Positions 20,081 through 29,659 of a stretch of DNA of 32,000 nucleotides are shown one piece after another. The notes below the pieces were generated by a model that saw only the letters and a program-made list of their open reading frames with translations, was not told the DNA's origin and ran no database searches. The stretch lies in contig CAZPUN010000048.1 of assembly GCA_964589775.1 (NCBI GenBank), positions 14,383 through 46,382 of the forward strand, in the 5' to 3' direction. Origin of the DNA: an uncultured archaeon (GTDB taxonomy: Archaea; Asgardarchaeota; Thorarchaeia; Thorarchaeales; CAZPUN01). The translations under genes and the position numbers were made by a program. How positions within the stretch are numbered: position 1 is the stretch's first letter; each line of letters begins with the position of its first letter.

Positions 20081-20731
20081 TCATACCTCATTAGATTGCG
20101 TTTTTTCCTTGGTTTCTTCAGACTCCTCAGAATCTTTAAAATCCTCAGCATCACTTCTTTGTTCCATTTTCATCTCAAACAAAATTCCAGTAATTATGAC
20201 AGTTAGTACTATTGATAATATAATCGATAAATTAGTACCAAATACATCAGTAATAGCAGTTCCTGCAGAATATCCAATAATTGCGCCTAACAAAGTAGCA
20301 AGCAATTTACCTACAAAATAATAGATAGCCATCTTAACAGCACTGTATTTAGTCAGAGCAACATAAACAATAAGTGGATCGTCCGGAACAGGAGATGCAG
20401 CCGCGATAAATAATCCAAAACTACCCCATTTCTCATATTTTTCTTTCATTTTATCAAAGTTTTTCTGACGTTCCTCGCTCATCAATTTACGAGAATAACG
20501 AATTGTATAATAATGAATCATTTTTGCAGTTGTTGCAGCTAAAGCAACAATAACCGCAATAATAATCGGATTATACGTTGGTAGCAAAAAAGCAAAAACA
20601 CCTGCAAGCACAGTATTAGAAGGCGACATAAAAGGTATTAAATTAATTACTAAGGAGATTATATAGATTCCCAGATATCCTAGAGTTACTAAATCAAATA
20701 TATCCATATAGCGGTCATCTCCAGATTCCAA
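20081..20731 (-). CDS. DedA/VTT (SNARE-associated) family membrane protein
   Basis: NLIPFMSPS re-entrant motif, KWGSFGLFIAAASPVPDD and GK, with acidic tail. Confidence 0.8.
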   Translation of the reverse strand: MESGDDRYMDIFDLVTLGYLGIYIISLVINLIPFMSPSNTVLAGVFAFLLPTYNPIIIAVIVALAATTAKMIHYYTIRYSRKLMSEERQKNFDKMKEKYEKWGSFGLFIAAASPVPDDPLIVYVALTKYSAVKMAIYYFVGKLLATLLGAIIGYSAGTAITDVFGTNLSIILSIVLTVIITGILFEMKMEQRSDAEDFKDSEESEETKEKTQSNEV

Positions 20732-20832
20732 TTACTAATGATTAACTATATTTGTTTTTCGAATTTATGAATTTATTCTTTTAATGTTTCTATGCAATTT
20801 CATTACAAATAAAATAAAAAAGGAAAAGAAAT

Positions 20833-22290
20833 TTAGTAGCTTTTCCCAACTAAGACCACACGAGTGGCATCGCGGCCACAAATTGGGCACGTGCCCTCTG
20901 GCTTAAACTCCATATTCAGAGGAACTCCCAATACATCTAAATCATGTTCTTCATTTAATTTCATGGTACATTCTTCATCGTCGCATACATGTACTGTGGC
21001 AAGACCTTTTAGACGACGTACATGACGTTTCGCTTGCTCGAGATTTGTTGTCTTAAGAATCGCTTCATTGAATCTTGCCCACGCAGCTTCTCGCATATCG
21101 TTTTGAATTGTATTTAACAATTCTTTGATAGTTTCTGCGATATTTTCACGATCAACGGATATTTTTTCGCCAGTATCTCTTCGGACAAGCATAACTTTAT
21201 TGTTTCTGATGTCACGTGGTCCTAATTCAGCTCGTAAGGGAACGCCCATACCTTCATATTTATAGAATTTATTTCCGGGCGTGAGGTCCGAATAATCACC
21301 CTTTACACGAATGCCTCCAGCACGGATTTCCTCTTCTAACTTTTTAGATTCACCAAATACGTCTTCGGGTGCATCTTTGAAGGGTATGGGGACTACTATC
21401 ACCTGAATAGGCGCTACATTTGGAGGTAGCACAAGTCCATTATCATCACCATGAACACCAAGTAATGCGGCAATACTACGCTCAGATATTCCATATGAAT
21501 CTTGATGAACGTATTTCGTTTCACCATCAATATCTTCAAACTTTATATCAAAAGGCTTTGAGAAATTCTGACCAAGATAATGAACGGTCCCAATTTGTAA
21601 TGATTTCCCACTGGGCATAAGTGTATCGAATGCATGAGTATATACAGCACCAGCAAATTTATCCCATGAAGGCCTATTCGAGATTACATAGGGAACACCG
21701 AGATAATCAAAGAATTTACTGTAAATTTCTTCGGCTTCTTTTACCTGACGCTCAGCATCTTCGCGAGTTGCGTGACATGAATGCCCTTCCTTAAATGAAG
21801 TAATTTCACGAACACGAATCAGAGGACGAGTTGCTTTAGTTTCATATCGGAATGTATTAACTATCTGATACCACTTAAGTGGAAGGTCAGCGTGGCTCCG
21901 TATATACATTCTATACATATAATACATTCCAGTCTCAGATGTTGGTCTCAATACTAATTTAACATCTAGCTCGGTAGTACCACCATGGGTTACCCAATAT
22001 ACTTGCTTTTCAAATCCCTTAATATGGTGCGATTCTAATTTCAACAGATCTTCAGGAATTAATAACGGAAATAATGTCTCTTCATGCCCAGTCTCATCAT
22101 GAAGACGCCTAAGCTCTTCAAGCACAAACTTGCGGATTTTAAAACCGTATGGGAGCCATACACCACAACCCTTGAGAGGATAACGCCAATCATATAATTG
22201 ATTTTCAGATAGTACATTATCAAACCATTCAGAGAAGTTTTTTCTGATTTTGTCACGTCTGACCTTCAAATTTTTCACCTTAGTTTTCAA
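20833..22290 (-). CDS. proS: Proline--tRNA ligase, archaeal/eukaryotic type
   Basis: [38 protein letters not shown], anticodon-binding domain, and C-terminal Zn domain ending GKSY. Confidence 0.98.
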   Translation of the reverse strand: MKTKVKNLKVRRDKIRKNFSEWFDNVLSENQLYDWRYPLKGCGVWLPYGFKIRKFVLEELRRLHDETGHEETLFPLLIPEDLLKLESHHIKGFEKQVYWVTHGGTTELDVKLVLRPTSETGMYYMYRMYIRSHADLPLKWYQIVNTFRYETKATRPLIRVREITSFKEGHSCHATREDAERQVKEAEEIYSKFFDYLGVPYVISNRPSWDKFAGAVYTHAFDTLMPSGKSLQIGTVHYLGQNFSKPFDIKFEDIDGETKYVHQDSYGISERSIAALLGVHGDDNGLVLPPNVAPIQVIVVPIPFKDAPEDVFGESKKLEEEIRAGGIRVKGDYSDLTPGNKFYKYEGMGVPLRAELGPRDIRNNKVMLVRRDTGEKISVDRENIAETIKELLNTIQNDMREAAWARFNEAILKTTNLEQAKRHVRRLKGLATVHVCDDEECTMKLNEEHDLDVLGVPLNMEFKPEGTCPICGRDATRVVLVGKSY

Positions 22291-22375
22291 GTTATGTAAA
22301 TAAATTAAAAGTTTTCTTTATACAAAAATACAGAAAAACCCTATAAAAATGCAATAAAAAATAAGAAAGCCATAC

Positions 22376-23302
22376 TTAGCGTAATGGCTTACCACAACTC
22401 GGACAATATTTTCCAGCCATAGTCACTGGGATATGTGCATCACAGTGAGGACATACAACAACCAATGCTCCACCACAATGGACACAATGTTCTCCAACAG
22501 GAGTCGCCTTACCACAATGGGGACATTTTATCTGAGGTATATTTTGCATGTTAAATATAGTACTTGCTGCACTTGAAAGATCAATTGCTGCACCGCCACC
22601 ACCGCCCATTGCAGGAGCTCCACCAGTAGGAGCACCACCCCGAGGAGCCTTATTTGCGACAGATGGAGGCGCAGGAGCACCACATTGAGGACATGTTGTG
22701 GAACCGGGAGGTATACTATATCCACAATATGGACATTTACCTTCATCTTGAGCACTTTTTATGTTAAACAAGAACTGATCGATAAACTTTTTATTTCCAA
22801 ACTCGAACGAAATTGTTTCCATATTTGAAAGCGTAACAATTAATTTGTTCCCAGACTTAGATACATCATTTATTGCGCCTAATGGAATAGATACAGATTC
22901 AGGCTTGCCATCTGGGCCCATATTATACATTTGGTCGCGAACTATAGATGCAACTCCTGCAGTTACACCCCCATAAATAATACCTCTGCCGGCATGCCTA
23001 AGAGCTCTACCTCCAATTCCACCAACAGAATCGCCAATGCCTTCTAAGATAGCTCCAGCAGCGATCGCACCACCAATTACTGCAGCCTTTTTAAGCAAAC
23101 CACCAAAACCTTTTTTCTTTTGAGTCTTAAACCATACAAGGCGAATATCAGTCAGTACAAGCATACCTTTTTCCTTTTCGCCTTCTAACTTAACATCCTT
23201 GACACGAGTAATCTCATGTTCATAATTTAAAGTCTGCAGATTTCCATTCTGCAAATTAACATTTAGAAAGACGGGTCTATCAGACATAATTTTCCCTCGC
23301 AC
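22376..23302 (-). CDS. GRAM/PH-like domain with Gly-zipper insertion plus C-terminal zinc ribbons
   Basis: GMLVLTDIRLVWF and SIPLGAINDV PH/GRAM-like strands flank a Gly/Ala-rich insert; six CxxC pairs follow. Likely start is ATG 23287 (MSDRP). Confidence 0.7.
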   Translation of the reverse strand: MRGKIMSDRPVFLNVNLQNGNLQTLNYEHEITRVKDVKLEGEKEKGMLVLTDIRLVWFKTQKKKGFGGLLKKAAVIGGAIAAGAILEGIGDSVGGIGGRALRHAGRGIIYGGVTAGVASIVRDQMYNMGPDGKPESVSIPLGAINDVSKSGNKLIVTLSNMETISFEFGNKKFIDQFLFNIKSAQDEGKCPYCGYSIPPGSTTCPQCGAPAPPSVANKAPRGGAPTGGAPAMGGGGGAAIDLSSAASTIFNMQNIPQIKCPHCGKATPVGEHCVHCGGALVVVCPHCDAHIPVTMAGKYCPSCGKPLR

Positions 23303-23482
23303 TATTGAATCGGTTATTAAAATACATTATGTTATATTAAATCTTTCGCATTAATTTTTGAAAATAAAACAAAATCGTAGAGAATATATTCATACAAAAA
23401 GCGTTTTTAGATAAATTTATGAAGGGGAAATACATCGTCATCATAAGACTAAAACGCCAAAAATAGGCGCGGGTGATAACAA

Positions 23483-23830
23483 ATGACAGAAAATGAAACA
23501 ATCGCCAAAGTAAAAGAGATCGAGGAATTACTTAATTCCTTAATGAAGGACCATAAAGCCGAAGTTGGAGCATTCATGCACTTTCTAAAAGAAACAATTC
23601 AAGAAAAATCACTTTCAACAAAGACAAAAGAACTAATTTCAACAGCTCTAAGTGTTGCAACTGGTTGTGAATGGTGCATTGCACTACATGTTAAAAACGC
23701 CTTAGATGCCGGAGCAACAAAAGATGAAATTATCGAGGCATGCTTTGTCGCAGTTCTTATGGCTGGTGGTCCAGCATTAATGCATCTGATCCCAGTGATG
23801 GATGCAATAAAAACATTTGAAAAGAAATAA
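23483..23830 (+). CDS. Carboxymuconolactone decarboxylase/AhpD-like protein
   Basis: LSTKTKELI, CEWCIALH, ALDAGATKDEIIEA and AGGP; GGTGA RBS. Confidence 0.93.
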   Translation: MTENETIAKVKEIEELLNSLMKDHKAEVGAFMHFLKETIQEKSLSTKTKELISTALSVATGCEWCIALHVKNALDAGATKDEIIEACFVAVLMAGGPALMHLIPVMDAIKTFEKK

Positions 23831-23866
23831 GAAAACACCTCTCTTTTCTTTTTTGTTTGACTAGAT

Positions 23867-24325
23867 TTAAAACTTATGGAAGAAAATTATACTTGATAAA
23901 GCAATGGTCAGTTCAGTATAATTAATATCATGAATTAAAATATCCCATCTTCCCTTTATAGAACGAACTTTTTTAATAAATTCGACAACAGTTGAACCAC
24001 TAGAATCAATCACGAGATATTTATTTTTTAACAAATTTTGCCTACATGATAACAATTGTGTTCCATACTCGATTTTGAAAAATGGTGAGAAGATTTTTTT
24101 CGGATATACTTTTGCAAATTCGCTTCCATTTTTTCTCACTAAATATCTAATTTTATTATGGTCGATTTCAAAAATTAGTTCTTGTTCCGCATTATAAATA
24201 TCAATCTTAGATGCCTTCTCTTTAATAACATAAAGGGGAACATTAGATTTATCATCATGTATGAAATATTTGGGTAATCCCACACTTCGATATGCAATGA
24301 ATCTCTTTTCTTTCACTAAAATCAA
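23867..24325 (-). CDS. LURP-one/tubby-C/scramblase-like beta-barrel protein
   Basis: Repeated beta-strand pattern (YFIHDDK, IYNAEQELIF, VIDSSGSTV) and a terminal hydrophobic helix. Confidence 0.6.
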   Translation of the reverse strand: MILVKEKRFIAYRSVGLPKYFIHDDKSNVPLYVIKEKASKIDIYNAEQELIFEIDHNKIRYLVRKNGSEFAKVYPKKIFSPFFKIEYGTQLLSCRQNLLKNKYLVIDSSGSTVVEFIKKVRSIKGRWDILIHDINYTELTIALSSIIFFHKF

Positions 24326-24509
24326 GTCTCCAAGAAGTATTTATATACTAAATACAATAATAGATATATACGTTAATAAATCATTATTAAAAATTTAAAA
24401 ACATGTGCTAAAAATATCAGTTCCGATTAAGTTATATATTAGATTTGCAATATGATAATGTACAAGAAATGAGGGGTTGGACTTAAACCCAAGAGAGGTT
24501 GGATAAATT

Positions 24510-24935
24510 ATGACAAATATGCAGGATGAAAATACTGCCACTTCAGGAATTTTATTAAAAATCGAAAATGTTGACACCATACCTTTTCCAAAACAGTTTC
24601 GTGAAGCACTAGAGACAGATCATGCGCTTATGGTCCTAATAAAAAAAGACAAAGTTGTAAAAATATTCCCTATCGAAAGCAATAAAATTGCATTTCTAAG
24701 TGTTGAAGTTGGCAGATTAACTAATGACTTTTTGACAAATCTCAGCAGAACATTTAAGGAATCTGGATTATCAAACCTGCTATTTAGTACTGGCGTATGT
24801 CTTATTGAGTCTCGCTGTTTCTATGAATGCTATTTTGATCAGAACCAGCTCAAAGTTTCTATGGATAAATTTAAAGAAATGTTATCATCGATTCCAGGTG
24901 TTGAAAAAGTAATATTGAACGAATATAACTTATAA
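24510..24935 (+). CDS. Conserved-looking hypothetical protein, possibly AbrB-like N-terminus and ACT-like C-terminus
   Basis: IPFPKQFREAL (AbrB-like), STGVC and LSSIPGVEKV (ACT-like ending); GAGGT upstream. Confidence 0.55.
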   Translation: MTNMQDENTATSGILLKIENVDTIPFPKQFREALETDHALMVLIKKDKVVKIFPIESNKIAFLSVEVGRLTNDFLTNLSRTFKESGLSNLLFSTGVCLIESRCFYECYFDQNQLKVSMDKFKEMLSSIPGVEKVILNEYNL

Positions 24936-24978
24936 TTTTCTCTTTTTTGTTAAATTAAAAAAATAAAAGGAAAAAGGT

Positions 24979-26484
24979 TTATTGCCAATCTAATAGCCAT
25001 ATCGAGACAATCTGACCAATAATACGATCCCCAATAGGACCTACTAATTTTAATGGCCAATCTGCAGGACTAAGATATTGACCATCAACTTTGTATGCCA
25101 CAACTATAGAGTTATTCATCGCGATCTCATAACTTGTCAGATTTACGTAATTTCCGTTCTCACTGACTACTTTTACAGTATATCCCTTCTCTGCAAGACT
25201 AGTATTAAAGGTATTGTGTAATGAAGTTGTATTAAAGTCATCAATAATGCTAACAATGATCCATAGAGGAATTCCTTCATATACATGCCCATCAAGTTCA
25301 TATGTTGTTCTGTGATGACTGCAGGTAGCTGCAGAAAGATATGTTTGAAAATCAAGCGTCGCATTTTTAAGTCCGTATAACTGCAAATTCCAACCTTCAA
25401 ATTCGGGCTCAACAATTATTTTGGTTATCATTTTTACCCAGAAATGCCCGTCCGTAATTGCAGATTCATTACCCACATATGCGACTCTATATGGACCTGC
25501 ATCTCCAAGAGATTCACCATTTTCAGAGTATGCAAGAATCATAGTGAGATTCTTTACACCAGCTTCAGTTCCATTTTCATAATATGACATAACTCGTCCA
25601 AAAACTTGAGACTTGTTGAATGTCATTTCATATCCATCTGATGCAATAAATCGTAAGCTGAAGTTCATTTCGAAGTTAAATCCGACTCGACTTAGCAGAT
25701 ATGTAACTGGCACACCAGTATAATTATTTGGACCTACAATTGCACCGGTGGTTTTTAGATATCCACCACTTCCAGTAACTGAAGGCATCATTCTTACTAA
25801 CTCTTCATTAAGAAGATAGCTATTGCTAATCGTTACGTTTAGAACAGAACTACGAATTATCTTGAGCGAAACTACATTGCAGATCCATATCGCTGATGCT
25901 GATGAACGCCGTAATTCGGGTACAGTAGTTGCAAAATAGTCTGAATTTGAGAAACTACCATCTACAGGAAGACAAACTAGACGATATCCAGACTCCCATG
26001 TTGGAACTTGGGTACCATTATACCTGTAGGCTAAAATAAATTTGCCTTGATGCTCATAAGTATCGTTCTGCGGATAAACATTGTCATATGCTAAATAACC
26101 AGTATAATTGTCTGAAGCCGTGATTTGTAACAAGTCACCCGGCTGCATACCACCAACAACTTCTACAAGGTCTTTTAGTTCAACTCCAGTATATTCACCG
26201 GCTCCAGCCCATGTATTGATCTTTGTCTCAGCTCGAGCAGTTCCGGATGTAGAATTCATTTCCAAAAGATCATTAAGATAAATAGTCCTTTGACTACTAA
26301 CACCAATAAGCTCTAGCGGTTTAATATGAGTGTTTTGCATTGAATTGGACATAAACAGAATGCCAACACCCGCAATAGAGATTATAGCAATCGCTAATAT
26401 TGCATACATATGTGTAGTTTTCATTACATGCCACCCGCCTAATATGATAGTGAAAAAAGAAGAAGCGATATGATATTTATGCAT
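24979..26484 (-). CDS. Exported protein with three tandem molybdopterin-oxidoreductase-like (Oxidored_molyb) domains
   Basis: N-terminal TM/signal (likely start MKTTH). Three repeats of YxGV/I...(ASD/SEN)...(I/V)xAYxxxG...(R/K)xx...W/I. Confidence 0.7.
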   Translation of the reverse strand: MHKYHIASSFFTIILGGWHVMKTTHMYAILAIAIISIAGVGILFMSNSMQNTHIKPLELIGVSSQRTIYLNDLLEMNSTSGTARAETKINTWAGAGEYTGVELKDLVEVVGGMQPGDLLQITASDNYTGYLAYDNVYPQNDTYEHQGKFILAYRYNGTQVPTWESGYRLVCLPVDGSFSNSDYFATTVPELRRSSASAIWICNVVSLKIIRSSVLNVTISNSYLLNEELVRMMPSVTGSGGYLKTTGAIVGPNNYTGVPVTYLLSRVGFNFEMNFSLRFIASDGYEMTFNKSQVFGRVMSYYENGTEAGVKNLTMILAYSENGESLGDAGPYRVAYVGNESAITDGHFWVKMITKIIVEPEFEGWNLQLYGLKNATLDFQTYLSAATCSHHRTTYELDGHVYEGIPLWIIVSIIDDFNTTSLHNTFNTSLAEKGYTVKVVSENGNYVNLTSYEIAMNNSIVVAYKVDGQYLSPADWPLKLVGPIGDRIIGQIVSIWLLDWQ

Positions 26485-26777
26485 ATCGGTTTCGCCATTA
26501 GGTTTTCATTTTTTATTTTCGAATATGCTTAGAATCATTAAATCGAGACTGTCTCTTCAACTTAATCGGCTATATATTCTACGAATTCTTAAAATAACTC
26601 ATAATAAAATAAGTATTTTTGTAAACTTATTTTGTATCGATTTCAATTTATTGAAAATATCTTGTATAGTTTATATCTTAAAATAAAATCATGATACAAG
26701 GTTAACCAAGTTTATAAGATTTTATACGATATATATCATGAAAATATGTAAAAAAAATATGAAGTGGCTGGGTATGG

Positions 26778-27515
26778 GTGGGCTTATTTATGCAAGAATT
26801 AATTGATTGGAATTTGATAATAATAGTTCTCCGAGATGTTTCTATTGCATTCCTAGTTGTTGGAATTCTTCAAGTGTTTGGTATGTATGCAATTGGACAT
26901 TTAATAGCTGCAATTAATGTAGAACACGATTTAGACCATGACGTGGACCATGACGTGGACCATGATTTGGACCATGACATAGACCATGACGTGGATCATG
27001 ATGTAGATCATGATGTGGATCATGATGTGGATCACATAGCACTTGCAATAGGAGAATTACCACCAAAGGATGGATTTTTCCAATTCAAGAGAAAAGTTCC
27101 ATTTGGAGCGATATTAGGAACGTATTTCTTAGGATTTGGATTTTTGGGGATTATATTCTATTCAGATAGTCTTCAAATGTATCCGATTTCGAAAATAGCA
27201 CTACACTTTACAGCAACAATAATTACGGTTTATGCTGTTAAGACAATACTATCGAAAATATTTGTTGAAACTGGATTCAAAGTTGAAACATATTATTTAG
27301 TTGGGATGCCTGTAGTTGCGACTACGACAATAACAGATGATTTTGGTGAGGTACGAATTAAGACCAAGATGGGTTATAGACGGTTTTTGGCACGTACATA
27401 TAACAAAGGAGACACATATCCAAAAGGAACCAAATTATATGTTGTAAAAGCCGACAAAAGATTTGTTTACGTTGATAAAAAGAAATTACGATCATCAGTA
27501 AATGAAGGGGATTAA
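26778..27515 (+). CDS. NfeD/YqiJ-like membrane protein with His-Asp repeat loop
   Basis: TM helices, (HDxD)9 loop, C-terminal OB-fold (LVG...FGEVRI...KGTKLYVV); directly upstream of a flotillin. Alternative start ATG 26790. Confidence 0.82.
   Translation: MGLFMQELIDWNLIIIVLRDVSIAFLVVGILQVFGMYAIGHLIAAINVEHDLDHDVDHDVDHDLDHDIDHDVDHDVDHDVDHDVDHIALAIGELPPKDGFFQFKRKVPFGAILGTYFLGFGFLGIIFYSDSLQMYPISKIALHFTATIITVYAVKTILSKIFVETGFKVETYYLVGMPVVATTTITDDFGEVRIKTKMGYRRFLARTYNKGDTYPKGTKLYVVKADKRFVYVDKKKLRSSVNEGD
26925..27035 (+). repeat. 12-bp tandem repeat encoding (HDxD)9-H
   Basis: cacgatttagac catgacgtggac catgacgtggac ... catgatgtggat cac. Confidence 0.95.
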
Positions 27516-27520
27516 TAAGT

Positions 27521-28861
27521 ATGCAAGACTTGGTGCAATTATTAGGAAGCAATTTAGGCGTTACAATAGGAGTTTTTATTTTCCTATTGATGATGGCAAT
27601 AATAATATTTGTTAAGAAGTATGTACGAATATTTGAACCGAACATATTTTACGTACATCTTCGAAAAGGCAAAGCCATCAGTCAAGGCGAAGGCGGAATG
27701 GTAATCCGAATTCCATTCTTCGATCGTGTACTGATAGTAGACCGTACTGTACAACAATTAAACATATCAGCGGAAGAAGTTCTCTCAAAAGAGAAACAGA
27801 AGATCAAACTGAAGGCAGTCCTACAATGGCAGGCTGTAGATGCAATTTCAACTATTAATAATGTACGATGGGAGGAAATACCTTCACGATTAACTGCAAT
27901 TATTGAATCTGTTATTCGTACTGCATGCGCTCAGCTATCAGTTGAAGAAATCCTGGAAGAGCGTCAGAAAATAATAGAGGCAATCAAGAAAGAGCTTGTT
28001 GACATTGTCATGGATTGGGGATTAGCAGTCATTACAGTAGAACTTGTTGATGTCGCAGTAGTAAATGATGAATTCCTGAGGAATATGGCAAAACCCAGAG
28101 AAGCCGAAATGCAGAAAACAGCAAAAATCGCTCAAATTCAATCAGAGCAAGAAACTGGAATGATGGATATTGCCCGTTCTCGACTCCTAAAGTCTAAAGA
28201 GATTGAAATGTCACAAGAAATTGGTCTAAAAGAACAAGAGAAACTCAAGAAGATCCAAGAAGCTGAAAAGTTAAGAGAACAATCAGTCTTAAAGATCGAA
28301 CTTGAGAAACAAGTCATGCAGAAAGAATACGAGAAACGACAAGCAGAAATTGAAGCAGCCAAGAGACTCGAAGTTGCGAAAATGGAAGCTGAAGCCGAAA
28401 AACAGAGAAAGATTAAACAAGAAGTAGAAGTTGAAGCCGCCAAAATCCTGCAGAAAGCTAAAGCTCAGGCACAACAGATCCAGATGCTAGCAGAGGCAGA
28501 TGCAGAACGTATATTGAAGACCAGTGCAGCTCAGGCTGAAGGTCTTAGAAAGATGATTGAAGCCGCAAATGAATATACACCCCAAGCATTCTCTAGAGAC
28601 TTCCTACAAGTACTACCAAAGATCTACGAAAACGTCAAAGTTGGCGATATTACACTATTTGGTGGAACCGCTGGTAGTACGGAGGAAGGCGTAGAAGGCG
28701 CAGGAACAGGCGGGGCAGAAGCATTCAAAGTATTTGGCCAAGTATTATTACCAGCTATGATGCTATCTAAAATGTTAGGCCTAGACATTAAGAGCGTCAT
28801 GGGTTCAGCCCTTGGAGACTTAGCAGAAAAGGATGAGGCAAAGAAGAAGCCTAAGAAATAG
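27521..28861 (+). CDS. SPFH/flotillin-like protein
   Basis: N-terminal TM, band-7 domain (IPFFDRV; LSVEEILEERQKI; WGL), and a long AEA/EAE-rich coiled coil. Confidence 0.92.
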   Translation: MQDLVQLLGSNLGVTIGVFIFLLMMAIIIFVKKYVRIFEPNIFYVHLRKGKAISQGEGGMVIRIPFFDRVLIVDRTVQQLNISAEEVLSKEKQKIKLKAVLQWQAVDAISTINNVRWEEIPSRLTAIIESVIRTACAQLSVEEILEERQKIIEAIKKELVDIVMDWGLAVITVELVDVAVVNDEFLRNMAKPREAEMQKTAKIAQIQSEQETGMMDIARSRLLKSKEIEMSQEIGLKEQEKLKKIQEAEKLREQSVLKIELEKQVMQKEYEKRQAEIEAAKRLEVAKMEAEAEKQRKIKQEVEVEAAKILQKAKAQAQQIQMLAEADAERILKTSAAQAEGLRKMIEAANEYTPQAFSRDFLQVLPKIYENVKVGDITLFGGTAGSTEEGVEGAGTGGAEAFKVFGQVLLPAMMLSKMLGLDIKSVMGSALGDLAEKDEAKKKPKK

Positions 28862-28997
28862 CTTCTTACTTTCTCATACATTTTTTATTAAAAATATGAA
28901 TTTTCTAATTTTATTTTTGACCAAATTAACTAAAAATTAATTTAAATTTTATTTGCGAGAGCACAAGACTAAAATCCCATTTTGATGATAAAATAGA

Positions 28998-29540
28998 TTG
29001 GTGATGGATATGACCATACCGGATTGCGACAGAGAGACATTTAAGGCTTTGAAATTTGCCATAGAATCAGAAAAACAGGCATTACTAGGATACATAAATT
29101 TGGCACTAAAAACAGTCGATATTTACGGAAAAAATATGCTACTGCGAATTGCAAGAGACGAGTTCGCACACATGGAAGCATTAGAAAATGAACTAGAACA
29201 TTGCTTAGAATCTAAAGATTGGAAAAATATAGACTTAGAAAAATCAGATATTGAAACAATTGCTCCAAAAGTCTCACAATATGTTGGAAAAATAAGAGGA
29301 AAGGAAGGAGTGACTGAAATCGACGCCCTGGAAATTGCTCTAAAGCAGGAAAAAGAGGCTATTAATTTTTATAAAGAACAGGCTGAAAACACAAATAATC
29401 CTAAAGCCAAAAAATTATTCAAAAGACTTGTCGAAATGGAAACTGCACATTATGATTTGATCCTTGCAGAATTAGATTATATAAAACAAACAGGATTTTG
29501 GTTTGGTATCCCTGAATTTTCTATGGAAAATAGAATTTAA
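28998..29540 (+). CDS. Ferritin-like/rubrerythrin family di-iron protein
   Basis: Duplicated E-x6-Y...ExxH motifs (DEFAH, METAH). Likely start ATG 29010 after GGTGA. Confidence 0.9.
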   Translation: MVMDMTIPDCDRETFKALKFAIESEKQALLGYINLALKTVDIYGKNMLLRIARDEFAHMEALENELEHCLESKDWKNIDLEKSDIETIAPKVSQYVGKIRGKEGVTEIDALEIALKQEKEAINFYKEQAENTNNPKAKKLFKRLVEMETAHYDLILAELDYIKQTGFWFGIPEFSMENRI

Positions 29541-29659
29541 GACTGTTTTTTTGATTTTTTCTTTTTATTTTATCTTTTGCTATTTTAATATTCTACATTC
29601 AAAATATTTAAATATTTTTTAATGTTTAAATAAATTTAAACGAAAAATGGGGCTCATAC

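Noticed and set aside
23401-23457. Possible eukaryote-like SECIS element (ATGA...AAA...GA)
   Set aside because: Helix II geometry does not fit, it lies 5' of the gene, and the adjacent AhpD has ordinary Cys codons with no in-frame TGA.
23445-28974. Shared AAGACTAAAA upstream of the AhpD (23445-23454) and ferritin-like (28965-28974) genes
   Set aside because: An A-rich 10-mer match is expected by chance among AT-rich promoters, and the motif is not palindromic.
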